A stretch of DNA of 64,000 bases from Trichinella spiralis (GCF_000181795.1 NW_003526943.1:8659472-8723471); one strand, 5' to 3'. Positions 39,403 to 53,326 are shown, counted from the stretch's first letter. The notes: generated by a model not told the origin, from the letters alone. Translations and numbers: made by a program.

Positions 39403-41267
39403 TTAATTTTTTTTGATCGCTTCGCTGAATTCTTTTATGATTGCTGAATATTCCGGAGCGTTGGTAAACACGGTTCCCACGACAACATTCGAGCCAAATT
39501 TAGGATGTTTGATCACTTTGCAGCAGACCATATCTTCGACGGTGAAACCCAACAGACTGTAACGTTCATCAGTTTCGAACAATGTTGCATTCGTATACCC
39601 AGAATAAAACTACAAACAAGCAAATATTTACAACACGTTTCATTCAAAATGTTACGATTCGTTTGTTCTTTGAAAACACTTACAGGCTTTCCACTGAAAG
39701 GATCGATGAAATCCGCCCAATAGCCATGATCTCTGATTATACAAACAATATCTTTTGCCACATTTATAAACTGAAAAATATTAATTGAATAATTAATTCA
39801 ATTTTCCTTACAAAACAACTCACATCTTCGTTAATGTTTTCCCGCTCTGCTTCTCCCTCTGCACTCCAAACGACCATATCATTTAAAGTTTTCTTCGAAA
39901 GACAAAGCGCTGTCATGGTTCTATTCATCACGTCAACAGTTGGAAAAAGATCTCGTAACTCTGAAAAACAAAAAAAACACAATAATATATCCAAAAAATA
40001 ACAAGGCTTTTCCTTTTATTATATACCTCTCCGGACCAACAACGGGCATGGGACGATCGAAGTATCGAAATTTTTCAGCATCAACTGATATTTGTTGGGT
40101 CGTTTCTTCGGCATTGGTGGCGTTCCAGCGAATGCACACATCAAATTATTATCAATAGATGCTGTATATCTCTGTAAATTATAAAACAAAAATAACAGCC
40201 AATTCAAACGCACGTTAATGGACGGCATTGACAAACAACACCGAGCTATGTAATCAATTATGAATTGTAATACACTGAACAAATACTCTAGCATAATTCA
40301 TAATAAAAATTTACATGTCATCTACTAAAGATAGTCAATATTTGAAAACGATCATATTTGGTTGAAAACATCCCTTTTATCGAAACTACTCTCATAATTT
40401 AACGTATGAATTCACAGTGTGCCTGAACGCCACGTTCAAAATAACAAAGAAAATTAACCGTACGCTTGTAGTCATTGCCAACTTATTTAATTACAAAATG
40501 ATTTTTTTTTAACAAAAAGAAAATTAAATTCAACAATAATAGAAATGATAAACATAAACCGTATAATCGAAAAAAATTCAATTTGAAAACAAACAAAATT
40601 TGCAATAATAAACAAATATGGACTAAAAGGTAAATAATTATTTCACAGCTTAATTTTTTAATATTTTAATTAATTTTTATAAAACTTCTGTTAATTAATA
40701 CATATATAATTATTAATAAAATATACATACTAAAATAAATATAAAATTCTGAAAACCTTTGTTTTCCTCCAAACAACTGTCATAAGTTGTCATTAGTGTC
40801 AAAGGTTAACATCATCAATCATTTACTTGCTAATTGATAAATTATAAATTTATAAAATGTTTTTTCAACCAATTAACGAAATTTTCAGTGTAATAAATAT
40901 TTCAAAATTTTTTCATTTTTTAAATTTCATTAATTTAAATTTTAGTTTTCATTCTCACCATGTTTTTTCCACTGCCGTCTATACGACCATAAGCAGGAAA
41001 AGTTTGACACCCAACATTCGGAAGTAAGCGAAAATTGGATAAAGTATTCGCTCGTTCAGGTAATTGATTAGCTTGTTGAGAATTCAAATATGGAGCACCC
41101 GTTGCCCGAAAAGTTAAAGCAGAAAGCGGCTGCTCCTTCAATACGTTGTTTACTGCAACAACGGCACTTGAGAATACGGATCGATTACCACTTTTTACGT
41201 TCTGTAACAAAAAAATTTCAATACAATCAATATAAACATAAAATGAAATTCATACTTGCAACGACAT
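39403..41267 (-). CDS. MMADHC: Cobalamin trafficking protein CblD (MMADHC), multi-exon
   Basis: LRDLFP..., SKKTLNDMVVWSAEGEAERE, GYWADFIDPFSG, TNATLFETDERY..LGFTVEDMVCCKVIKHPKFGSNVVVGTVFTNAP. The start is inferred from a micro-exon ATG TCG TTG CAA at 41256-41267. Confidence 0.92.
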
Positions 41268-42119
41268 GGCAATTCAAGAAGCAGTACAAGTTCAGAAATT
41301 CAAATTATTCTACGGTACTAAAATAGAACTACAGTAATACAAAATAATAAAAGTAAGTGACTTACTAACTGTAATAAAATTTTATAATTTTTTTTGTAAT
41401 TTTATAAAAAAAATTAAAAACTGAGTATTTTAATAATAATTTTTTAATGTTAAATCCAATAATAATTAATTTTTTTCATCAAATTTTTAATAAAAATAAA
41501 TTTAGCTTAACAGTTTTCAAATCATTTAAGTAACTCTTAATTTCATTTACTTAAGCTACAATTTAGAATAATAAGCATGTTATATATTTTGACTGATGCT
41601 CACTTCATGATTTTATAGTAGAATTATGTTGTTTTTCTAGAAATCTATTTCAAAACAGGTTTATTTGATCGATATTTGATAGATTTGTATTTTTAGAATG
41701 TACTGTGATATTTTGCTCGTTTAAAATAGTGTATATTTGGTCTGATTTATTTACTTTCTTCTCCATATGTTGTGACGCGTCAGTAAAGCTATATCTTGAA
41801 ATTGACACTATGAATCAAAAATTCATGATATTGAAAAGAATGCGCAATACTGATTTATCACAGCATAGCAACATTTAATTAAATCACGCAACTACTATAA
41901 TTATTAATCAGATCATATTTTGCTTGCAACAACATTATCAGGTGAATAATTAGCTTTTGTAAAATATTCATATAAAGGTTTTCTACCAGTTTTTTGCATT
42001 CACTTTGCTATCAGTATTCATCGTTTTTTAATGTATCTCATTTATAACAGTATAACTTTGTATTGTGTACTTCCTCTGTCTGTTTCTAACTCATATACTG
42101 AATGAATGTATGTAACGCA

Positions 42120-42650
42120 GTGGGGGAGTGAACAAGCGATTAAATTTAATTCTTCATTTCAAGGAACGCCTGGACCTACCGGTCATCTTCATTGACAGCT
42201 AACGTTACCCCCGAAGCATTACGGCCTTTGAATTCTGGTACTGTTGACGGAAGAAGGCATGTGGTTCGTCGACTGTCAACAGCAAGCCCCTCCTTTCTTT
42301 TAGATCTGGTTGCATATTTATGATATTTATTATGATGTACGCTTTTTCTTCACCCAAGACCAGGACCAGCGTTTCGTCAGCAGGATAAAAGACCAGAAAT
42401 TAGGATTAAAAAGGGAATTTTAAACGTAAAGGGGAGTTGATGTGTTAGGTGCCATCGTGCGTAGCGCTGCCCTGTTCGTGTATTGTCTATTTTACACTGT
42501 CATATTATTATTCATTAATGTTTACATCCTGTACGTCTTGTTCTAGACAGATAATGCCTCGTGATCAACAACAACAGAGTACAAAGATGAACGTGGAATA
42601 TGGCTCGAAGATAAGGCCGGCACTTCACATATACAGTCATTGATTGACAT
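42120..42650 (+). mobile_element. Degenerate Gypsy-like LTR retrotransposon 3' end (integrase tail, PPT, LTR)
   Basis: Broken peptides DGRRHVVRR and RPGPAFRQQDKRP resemble Gypsy integrase C-tails. A purine tract aaaggggagttga (~42428-42440) lies immediately before a TG-starting, LTR-like segment. Confidence 0.45.
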
Positions 42651-42977
42651 TATTAGAAAAAATATAATAAAATGAATTATGCTTATAAAATGTTAAATTT
42701 ATTTACAATTATTGTTCTCTGTACAAAAAAAAATAACGAAGCATTGTATCTCTAAAAGATGCAATATAAAAGAATAAAAAATTATAATTATTACGTAATT
42801 TAGAATACGTTATATTGCGTAATTTCGCCAATTTTCACATACACATTCATGTAAACGGTACAAATATATTACAAATAAAAACATCATAATCAGTAAAGTT
42901 CATGAAATTATCAGTTACTTATTATCTTATAACAGAGTTTATTCTTTAAAATCTTTCAACAAAAATAATTGAAAATA

Positions 42978-44766
42978 TTAAACATCTTCAGGCGGTGGGA
43001 TTTTATCGCCAAAACTTGGTTGCTCTGAATCATCAGTCATGGCCAAATTGCGATAAGCCCATCCAGGGAGCTTCTGCTTTTCTGACTTAATATAACAACA
43101 ACAGCATGGAGCATTTTCCACAGTTATGTACCAGTAAGACACTAAAACCCAAGTGGCACAACAAGTAAAAATAAAAAGCACTACACTCAAGAATGGACCA
43201 TAAGTTGTAGAGAATTTATCCGAATTGCTGAAGTCTTCTTCCTTGAGCATCATAAAAGACTTATTCATCAAATTTTCTGGAGATGCGCAACTGAAAAATA
43301 AATATTTATGTAAAGTTGTTCTACATAAATAATGGAAACATTCATCTGTTTATCTATTCAATATTTTTAAAATGCGAATAGTTTATTAGGCATTAATTTT
43401 ACCACTAGATAATAATCATTACATGACATGTGATAAATTCCAAATTTTACAATACATTCGAATAGCAAAACGTAATGAGCATCAATCAAATATTTATGAG
43501 TAAACGAAAATAGAAAAAAAACCAAATTGAAACTAATAATTTTGAATGATAAAAAATTATTTCATAAAGATAACATTTTAATGCTGAATTAAAATATTCA
43601 CATTTAACATTGTCATCAATGAAACTCACATACCTAACTGGACCTTGGATCTTTGACTTCAAACGGAGCAACCATTTCAAATTTGAATCACATTTAAATG
43701 GATTTGCAGCCAGTCGAATAATTGTTACCTTATCCCAAGGCAACAATTTTTCACTGAGCGACATCAGGCTATTATTTGAAAAGTCGATTAACTTGAGCTT
43801 CAGTTTGAAATTTGTATCGACACCAAAAGAATACGGATCAAGCAATTTAAACAACGGTGAATCAGTAATAGCAACGGTGTCTAAATGATTCAAAAAGCAA
43901 AAAGCGCAACCACCAACCTCTGTCAATTGTGGCATGTGTCGCAATTGTATATTTTCCAAATTTGGATACAACTGAAATGCGTAAGTGCTAATACGCAATA
44001 TTGGATTTCCACTGAGAACAAGTCGATTAAGCTTGCTTAAATTGTTAAGCTGTGGTACAGTTTCCAGTTGATTGTTGCGCAAAGAAAGAACTTCCAAATG
44101 GTTTAAACTTTTAAATGCATCTTTAGGAATGAAACTCAATTTCGTATTTTCCATGCTCAATTCAAGTAAGCTGGATAATCCTTCAAACGATGCATTCGTG
44201 ATCCTTTTCAACGGGTTGTCATCCAAATACAAATACAACAGAAGATGAAGATTTTCAAATGGAGAATTGTCGATTGCTTCCAATAAATTGTGACTGAGAT
44301 CAAGATTTCGCAAACTCAAATCAACATTGTCAAAAATAGACGACTCCAATTCAGTTAGCTTATTGTTTGACAATAACAGATCATGCAAATTGATCATTGA
44401 AGAAAATACAGCCGGTTCGATTTGGTGAATTAAATTTCGTCTCAAATCAAGGCGCATCAATTGTTTCTCATAATGAGGCATCACCTCACCTTTCCGCAAT
44501 TTTGTCAGCATATTCTCTTGCATATTCAACTGCTCCACCACAACACCGTTGTCATTTGCAATTTTCAAATTCACTGTTTCCAGCTTTTCACCGTTGCAAT
44601 TAACAATACCTTCCTGTTCACAAGAACAAGGACCATATTTGGGCACGCAAACTAGCATTTCAGCACTGCTGTTGTTCGGTGATAACTGACATTGCACAAC
44701 TGCAAACAACGTAACCAATATCGCTTGAAATGTGTACTTTGGCATATTTTGGCAGAATTTCATCAC
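42978..44766 (-). CDS. Leucine-rich-repeat single-pass membrane protein (LRRN-like), paralog A; intron 43291-43633
   Basis: Signal peptide, LRRNT (CVPKYGPCSC..VNC), about 10 LxxLxLxxN repeats, LRRCT NPFKCD..SCASPENL across the intron, TM FLSVVLFIFTCCATWVLVSYW, and a short tail. Confidence 0.88.
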
Positions 44767-47700
44767 TTTGTGCAGCGGATTTTCAGTTCAGTCTACTTTA
44801 CGCCTAAAAATGGAATACTTTTCAAACATTTTTAATTAAATAAAAGTTGTTTCCATTATTCCAGATTTATTCGGCTTAAATTAACTATTTTAAGCCTTAA
44901 TTATTTAGTAGAAGTAAAAGCTCAAATTACAAAGATACACAAACTACAAGCTGTGCACAATTAAACTATTCCAAAGTATGTGAACAAATCAATTAATAAT
45001 GTAATTATTCGATGGTTATCAGTATTGGACAAAAATTATTCCATTTTAGCGTAACATACCTAAGGTCTCTTCAAAGACTAGCTCTCTTTAATGCTTCTTT
45101 TTTATCATTCATATATATTTATATGGCATGATATATTTTAAATTAGTATTTTAAAATTTGTTTAAAATAATTGTTTAATGTTACGAATGTAATCAGCAGA
45201 CAATACTTTAAAGAATAATTATTTCAGAATGTGGAACACCCAGTTTGAATAACTCCAGTGGAAAAAATTTTTATCAAATGGAAAATTGTGATGTTCTATT
45301 TGATATTTTAAGACAATCAATACAAAACTTCTATATTTCACAGTCCAATTAAAATCGTCGTTTGTGCAGTAAAATGAAATCATTTCTATTATGGATAAAT
45401 TACTGGAAAAATCAGTAATAAAAAAATACAAAAGAAAAAAATACAATGGACAAAATGAATAAACTTACATTACTCATCTATTTCAATTTTGCTGTTTCAT
45501 GAAAATAAATATTTTCACCAAGTGAGACAGTAAATTTTGAAATTTACTTAAATATGTATTAGGTGAAGTGATCAAGAGAGAGAAATTTTGCAATTGCACT
45601 GGAATGCTGCAAAAATTGTTTAAAATAGTGTTCAAAAAGCAAAACATGTGTTTAAAAGTTTGAAAATGTTTTTTTATTTTTTTTCTTCCTCGGTATATTT
45701 GACGAGAAATGCAGTTTTAGTTTGGTGCTTAAATTTTTTAAACAATGTTGCCTTATCGCCATCCGTAGACAAACACTTCTCAGTAAAAGCAATTTAATGA
45801 AGCATTTTGTATTGATTTTGATGATAAAATTTGACTGATGCTCATACTGGCTTTTCGTTTCAACGATAAAAATCGCAATCATTACAAACTTTAAATGTAT
45901 TTTTTCTATTTAAAAAACTGTCATTATGAAAGAAAAATGTTAAAATTGATAAAAATCATTAAAGCTGAAATTAAAATTGTACTGAACAAAGTTTTTTGCC
46001 AATTTATTCAACTCAAATTGCTACTAAATACAAATTTGTAAAAAAAACAACACGCTTAATTTAAACACTAATGAATAATAAAAATGATTGATATTCAGAA
46101 TGAGATTTTTAAATTGCAGACTTGAAATACGTGTAAAAAAAATTTAAAATTGACTATCAAAAACAAAATGCTCCATTTAAACATGTGGAAGACGATGTAT
46201 AAAAAGCACAACCTACTTTTAGCAGCAACATAAGAAGCAAGCAGTCGTCCATTAAAATGGCTTGAAGCAAGTTGAGCATCGTTGTCAGATTTAAAAATTA
46301 TACATTAAAACAATTTTTAACGTTACCCAAAGAAAATTACGAAATAAACTGAAAAGCAAGCAACAACCACAACGTCACCAAACTATATTGCAAAGTAAAC
46401 AGGCAATCGATGACTTCGTAAAACAAATGACAAACTGTCATTCATCAATGACGACAGTTTCTTCACTTTGCCATTTTGGCAATGTATCTCTTCAGGGTCA
46501 ACAGTGTTCACAAAAATCATAGCTTTCATAAAACTGATATGCTTTAAAATTAAAACTGGAAAGTTATAAATTTATAGAAAAAATTATTTTCAAATTAAAA
46601 TTTTATTCAAAAATTTTCATTTACAAGCAATTTCTAGCTGCTTTTCTTTATTAACAGGCCAAATCTGAAAATGATTAATGAATAAGAGTAGTGGCATTTT
46701 GCTGTTACTGTTTCATTTTCTGAAAAGCTTCTTACAATGAAAACATTATCGACTATTCTGATAATTAAATACGCCATTTCTCTTCTAGCAAAATCTCATT
46801 TTCTCCAATCAAACACAATAAAAGAAAAATATTATTCTCAAAATATAAAATTACCCCCGTCTTCCTCAAATCCAATTAATTAATGATTAATATTATTAAA
46901 ATTAAACTTAAAATTTATTCCAATCACTTTTCAACTTCCAACAAAATCAGTTTAAATTTTTACAATCGTATCTATTTTGAAATGACAAAATTACCAAAAT
47001 CTACATCAATGGTTTTAAACACATTTTGTTCATTTTTCATGAATTCAAATTATCACTTTTCAGCATCTGTTCACCATGCCACTGCTCAAACATTGTTTTC
47101 TATTTAAAATAAATGTATAAACATAAATTCATATGTTGCATATTTAAAATTGAATCTCTTTTTTTAAAACACCCTTTGCAACAGCATTTTTTTACTAACA
47201 TTAAAATAGATATGCATATCATGAAACGAAAATCAGCAGTAAAAAATATAAGAGCTCAGAATAAACAGCTTAGTTTAATTATATTAATTTTATTAAAAAT
47301 TAAACATCTGCTAAATTTACCTAGCAAAAATAAAGTTTAAAAGCATTTTCTTAAAGCTTTCTAAATAAAGCCATCATGTGTCTATTTATTTGTCAATAAA
47401 TTATCAAAAAAACAGATACAACGTTAAATTAATAGTACATATTGAATTACTATTTATTTTTTTTAATAAGCTGTATGAAAAATCAATTATTTTCTGTTTC
47501 AAATTTGTATGATAATTTCATGTTATTTTGACAAGCTTTGTTATTATTTTTATAATCGATTTATACGCCGTATGAAAATCATATGACATCAATTTCCCGT
47601 GTGAATTGCATTCTTTGCCAAGTTGAATTCTTTTTTCTTATCATCTCACAATGTTGCCAACTTTTAGCAATCAATCACCTATTGCTACCATTCTACAAGC

Positions 47701-49656
47701 ATCTTAAATGTAATAAATAATGTTAAATTTCGAACAACAGCCATTACTGAAATGGAACAACGTTTCCCTTTTCAAAATTTTGCAACATGAGAAAGTATAA
47801 AATGCATGTTTTAAAATTTAATAATTGAATTTTATATTAAAAAATAATTGAAATTCGATAATATCTGTATTTAAAAATACTTTTTTTTACGAATAAATGC
47901 ATACAGTTATCTATCTGTACATTCTTGCAGTTATTTTAAGCTTTGCATTCAGCTCAGCTAAATGTCAACTTGACAGCACGACTAGTTTTGCCTTCTTATC
48001 AAATGGAATACGTTTAATGAGCTAATTCCAATACATAACTCACATCTTATAACATGAATAAAACAGCTAATTTTAAAATTTGTTGTCTTCTTCAAGCTAA
48101 CAAACTCACCTTGCAGTAGTAATACAGGATAGATTATTCGTTTCAAGCTTTGATTTTAAAGAATATAACAAAACAAGTAACCAAACAATGCTCGGTCACA
48201 CGTTAAACGTTGTCAATTCACCAGCTGCTCATGTGAAGCTCAATTTAATACAGCAGTGCAGTTGAAAAAATTTAAACCAGCTTTTATTAAGCGCACAGCG
48301 TTTTGAAATTTCCTTCAACACTGCAGTTGAATAATAAAATCATGTGAACAGGATAGACGTGTCAAAATGTGAACAAACATTCCATTTGAAACAGTCACTT
48401 CAAAAAGCCGTACATTCATCAGTTAACAAACAAATCAGTGCATTAATATTCTTACCAATATAAAGTGAAATTTACAGACTACAATTGAATGTAAATTTAT
48501 TGCTCAACTCTACCATTCACAATTAATTTCCATGCAGCATCATCCTGGAAATGTGCATTCATTTGCAATTTTACAGTAATCACATTAAAACTTGCATATT
48601 CAAGTATTTTGAACAATATCGTATTGACGTCATTTTGCAAACTTTAATCTTGAATGCATTCTTTGCCGCACTTTTTGCTGGATATATTCTTTTCTATTAT
48701 TTGAAAAATTTTGTCATAAACATACGTAAAAATAAACAGTTTTATTTTTTGAAAATGTTTCTTCTGAATTAATTGAATTTTGCTTTTATCATTGCTGAGC
48801 TGTAAATATACATATAGAAAAAGACACCACTTGCTATAAATAACATACTGAATGATGTATATACGTGTTTCAATTTTATATTGAGAAAAACAGTACGTAT
48901 ATCACAAACAACACAACCACTTTCAATAAATATAAGGGGAAATTACCAGTAAATATGCATTGGAGAATGCTAGTGTTATGACATTAAATAAATGCTGATA
49001 TCTACTTAAAATTGACCTGAAAATGTTATCAGCATGCACAAAAGTGAAGAAATGAATGACAAGCATTGCTTGAATGACACCTTGTCATTTAACTATTGTA
49101 ATCTTCGAAAGTTAGATATACTTCGCTGACGCCTGTTAGTCGCGCATTTCAAATTTTATCAAGATTTATCAAAGAGCGGCATCAATTCGTCCAGAAAATA
49201 ATTTCAGCATAAAATATAAATAATTATTTTTAACCTTTTCTGTTTTTGAAAGAATTTTATTTTTGGAAATTATTTCCGAAAGACGAAAACCAATTATATT
49301 GTAAGAATACAAATTTGTAAAGCATATTTTGGACTTCAGATTTCAATTTGCATTCTAAATAGCCTTTTTAAAAGCGTTAGACATAAAATGAAATTGTTTT
49401 CCAAGAATTTTTTGAATAAACGTTTCATTGAAAATAGCATCTCTGTTCAGTATTGATTGCTCAATTACTTTTATCTAAACAAATCAAAGTGAAGCAGATA
49501 ATGTATTTATGTATTTTTATAATGTAATTTTGTAATTTTATTAAATTCCACCTTCCACCAAATTATTTTTAATGAGTTGAATTAATATTACATATGTTAG
49601 CAACAGCAACAACTAACTCTAGATTTTAGAGGTGAAGAAACGTTGATCACTGATTA

Positions 49657-51197
49657 ATGAGAAGAATGTATAAGATGTATGGAATTGTACTGTTGCTTAC
49701 AACTTTGAACTTATTTACTAAATCTCAGTTATCACTGAACAACAGCAGTGCTGAAATGCTAGTTTGCGTGCCCAAATATGGTCCTTGTTCTTGTGAACAG
49801 GAAGGTATTGTTAATTGCAACGGTGAAAAGCTAGAAACAGTGAATTTGAAAATTGCAAATGACAACGATGTTGTGGTGGAGCAGCTGAATATGCAAGAGA
49901 ATATGCTGACAAAATTGCGGAAAGGTGAGGTGATGCCTCATTATGAGAAACAATTGATGCGTCTTGATTTGAGACGAAATTTAATTCATCAAATCGAACC
50001 GGCTGTATTTTCTTCAATGATCAATTTGCATGATCTGTTATTGTCAAACAATAAGCTAACTGAATTGGAGTCATCTATTTTTGACAATGTTGATTTGAGT
50101 TTGCGAAATCTTGATCTCAGTCACAATTTATTGGAATCAATTGACAATTCTCCATTTGAAAATCTTCATCTTCTGTTGTATTTGTATTTGGATGACAACC
50201 CGTTGAAAAGGATCACGGATACATCGTTTGAAGGATTATCCAGCTTACTTGAATTGAGCATGGAAAATACGAAATTGAGTTTCATTCCTAAAGATGCATT
50301 TAAAAGTTTAAACCATTTGGAAGTTCTTTCTTTGCGCAACAATCAACTGGAAACTGTACCACAGCTTAACAATTTAAGCAAGCTTAATCGACTTGTTCTC
50401 AGTGGAAATCCAATATTGCGTATTAGCACTTACGCATTTCAGTTGTATCCAAATTTGGAAAATATACAATTGCGACACATGCCACAATTGACACTGGTTG
50501 AAGATTGCGCTTTTTGCACTTTGAATCATTTGAATACCATTGCTATTACTGATTCGCCGTTGTTGAAATGGATTGATCCATTTGCTTTTGGTTCTAATAT
50601 AAGTCTCAATTATAACTTGAAGATTGTTGATTTTTCAAATAACAATCTGCAATCTTTAGATAAGGAGTTGCTACCTTGGGAAAATGTCACTGAAATTCAG
50701 TTGGCTAATAATTCGTTCAAATGTGACGAGTCACTAAATTGGATAATTGATATTCGCAAAAAATTACACGGAAACATAAAGTAAGTATAAATATACGTAT
50801 GTTTATTATCATTTATTATTGGCGCATTATTATTTTTTTCTAAAGAAGTGCTTCTAATTTATACATTTACTCTGTTGTTGAAGTTAAATAATTAAATCAA
50901 TGTTCTAGTTGCAACCAAAAGAATGACTTAAATGGCAACTTTACTATTTTTAAAAAAGACAATTCATGCTGTTCAAAAAACAGTAGAATACTGTTTTCAG
51001 TTATATTTTTAATATCAGTTTCCTGTATTATATGGTTCCTCATGTGGTATTGGTTTTTCAACAGAAAAAGTCTATGGAGGTTTTATATGTCTTCCCAGCA
51101 AGCTGTACTTTTTTATATGTATAAAAATTTTGCAACTGCTGATGATACAGAAGAACTCATTAACTCAGATCATAATGTTTCATCACGGAACGTTTAA
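49657..51197 (+). CDS. Leucine-rich-repeat single-pass membrane protein, paralog B; intron 50781-50908
   Basis: Exon 1 ORF ends at donor AA|gtaagt. Exon 2 from 50909 continues in frame NCNQKND...ILFSVIFLISVSCIIWFLMWYWFF (TM)...YKNFATADDTEELI...RNV*. The intron position is the same as in paralog A. Confidence 0.88.
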
Positions 51198-52114
51198 TTA
51201 CACCAAAAAAAATATTTTAAAATTTATCAGATGGCAATTTAACAGCGGTGGAGCATAACTTGGATATGCTTATTTTTACTGAAATTATGGTCGTAATTTT
51301 AACAATTAATAAAATGCTCCAGCTATATAAAACATTTTTCAGTTTCTATCACAGAAATATAAACAAAATCATAAATGAATTTAATAAATGAAGCGGCAAA
51401 AATTAAATTCTTTTAATTAATTTTCAATTTTTAAGGCATATTAACAGTCATTATTTTTATTGCATCTTTACTTGATTTTTATTAATTGATGCTTTCCTTT
51501 GTATTCATTTATAGCTTCTTCTAACTATCTCTCAAACCTGGTATTTTGACAGTTTTGCAATAAAATCTGAAACCTCAATGCAGCATTTTTTAATTTTGTT
51601 GAACGTTATTTGATATTATTTAACTAATTATAATTAAATATTTATGAAATTTTGTGATTGAAATCGTTCAGTGTTAAATTGAATAAAATTAAACAATAAG
51701 TTTGGAAAACATGAAATGTGCCGTGAACTTTAAGCAGTGTTTGAATTGGCAAAATAAGTTTTAAATTTATTTTGTGAACTTTAATTTGTTTAATTTAAAG
51801 AATATACTATTTAAATGAGGTTCCTTTCTAATGGTATGACAAAATTTTTAGCATGGTAGCATAAAGCAGTATGTCGTTTCATCAGCAAGCAAAATTCCTC
51901 TCATACGTAACATAAGATTACGTGTAGAGCTAAAAAATAATGATTCATCAAAAGAAAAACAAAATTCGAAATTGTCGTTGCAAAAAGTATTAAACACACA
52001 TTGCATATGATTTTATTTTAAATCAACAATAAACAACTTGTGACATCTTGGAAGGAAATTCAAAACAAATTTGCATGAATCAATATTAAAAGCTGCAGCT
52101 AAATCAGTGACTTA

Positions 52115-53326
52115 TTATTCACGTAAAGCGATGAGAAGCAAATTCTCAGGGCTTGTTTGCAGGGGAACAAACTGAACCAAGCGGACAGAAAATCCGAATC
52201 TTTGCAAATAAGCAGCCCGTGCCCAATTGAGCAACACTTTCGCTTTGTGACCAACTTCTTCACGATTTACCGTAAAGCAATTATCACAAGCAGAGTCAAC
52301 TTCAGAACACGAACTACACTTGATTGTGCACATCTTATCCTCCAAGCTTGCAAAACCGCACGTCGACCAGCTGATAATTCTTCGAAATTCAGCAAACTGA
52401 TCTGCTTCAAAGTGGAAAAAAGTGAACAACTCTTTGCCACAAAACTGAGACCATTTGCACCGATGATGACAGCACGGAGCCATGATCAGAGCTTTAATTT
52501 GCACTGATGCGTCAGACAAACTGTTCACCACTGAAACCAACGCTGCATCAAAAGCAGAACCACAAAGATGCTTACAAATTGCTACAGTATATTTTGTAAT
52601 TTTCAACTGATCGATACAATTGAGCATAACATGTTCGATGCCACATCGAATTCGAGTAAAGCAATCTCGCCGCTGGCCATCGGCTACAGCTTTATTTTCG
52701 TATTTGTAACGCTTGCCGCTTTGTTCGATCAAAACGTACCGGTGTCGAGCATCATCACCTTGTTGGTGGAAAATTGTACTAAGCCAATAGGTCAGCTTGG
52801 CTCGACCGGCACCAAACTCCAAAAACGAAACCGACTCGTCGGATTCGAGCAAATTTAACGCATTCAAATGGCCCAAAATGGAAGAAACTTGGTCACGGTC
52901 TCTTTTACACTTTTCGCCCGTTGAACCGAACTTTTCCAAACTCATAGCTTCTAATTTTTCATACGGTATGAATTCAACTGGTATATCCAGTTGGAGTTGT
53001 TCATAAACTTTTATCACCATTCTTAAAGTGTTAACGCTGACATTAACTTTGCCAAAACATTCAGACTTATCTGACAAATCCAACAAATTTACATCCCTTT
53101 TGAACCAGGGTTGGTTTGCATTTTTTGACTGATTGCATCGTTGTAAATGGCCATCCAGATGTTCAACGTGGACCGAATGTGCCGGATCCAGAGGGCAAGG
53201 AATGCGAGATTCCGGATTCGATATATAGTTGTGTTCGCCGCAGTACAGTTGACCACTTTTCACCAACATTCGACACCGTCTTTGCTTCCGAGGCACAATG
53301 TACTGACATCTGGAAACGTTATCCAT
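52115..53326 (-). CDS. TRMT13: tRNA:m(4)X 2'-O-methyltransferase TRM13, single coding exon
   Basis: CCCH finger CQYIVPRKQRRCRM...YCGEH, CHHC finger RIPCPLDPAHSV..HLQRC, EFGAGRAKL, KHLCGSAFD, APCCHHRC, and terminal TSPEN. Confidence 0.93.
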   Translation of the reverse strand: MDNVSRCQYIVPRKQRRCRMLVKSGQLYCGEHNYISNPESRIPCPLDPAHSVHVEHLDGHLQRCNQSKNANQPWFKRDVNLLDLSDKSECFGKVNVSVNTLRMVIKVYEQLQLDIPVEFIPYEKLEAMSLEKFGSTGEKCKRDRDQVSSILGHLNALNLLESDESVSFLEFGAGRAKLTYWLSTIFHQQGDDARHRYVLIEQSGKRYKYENKAVADGQRRDCFTRIRCGIEHVMLNCIDQLKITKYTVAICKHLCGSAFDAALVSVVNSLSDASVQIKALIMAPCCHHRCKWSQFCGKELFTFFHFEADQFAEFRRIISWSTCGFASLEDKMCTIKCSSCSEVDSACDNCFTVNREEVGHKAKVLLNWARAAYLQRFGFSVRLVQFVPLQTSPENLLLIALRE

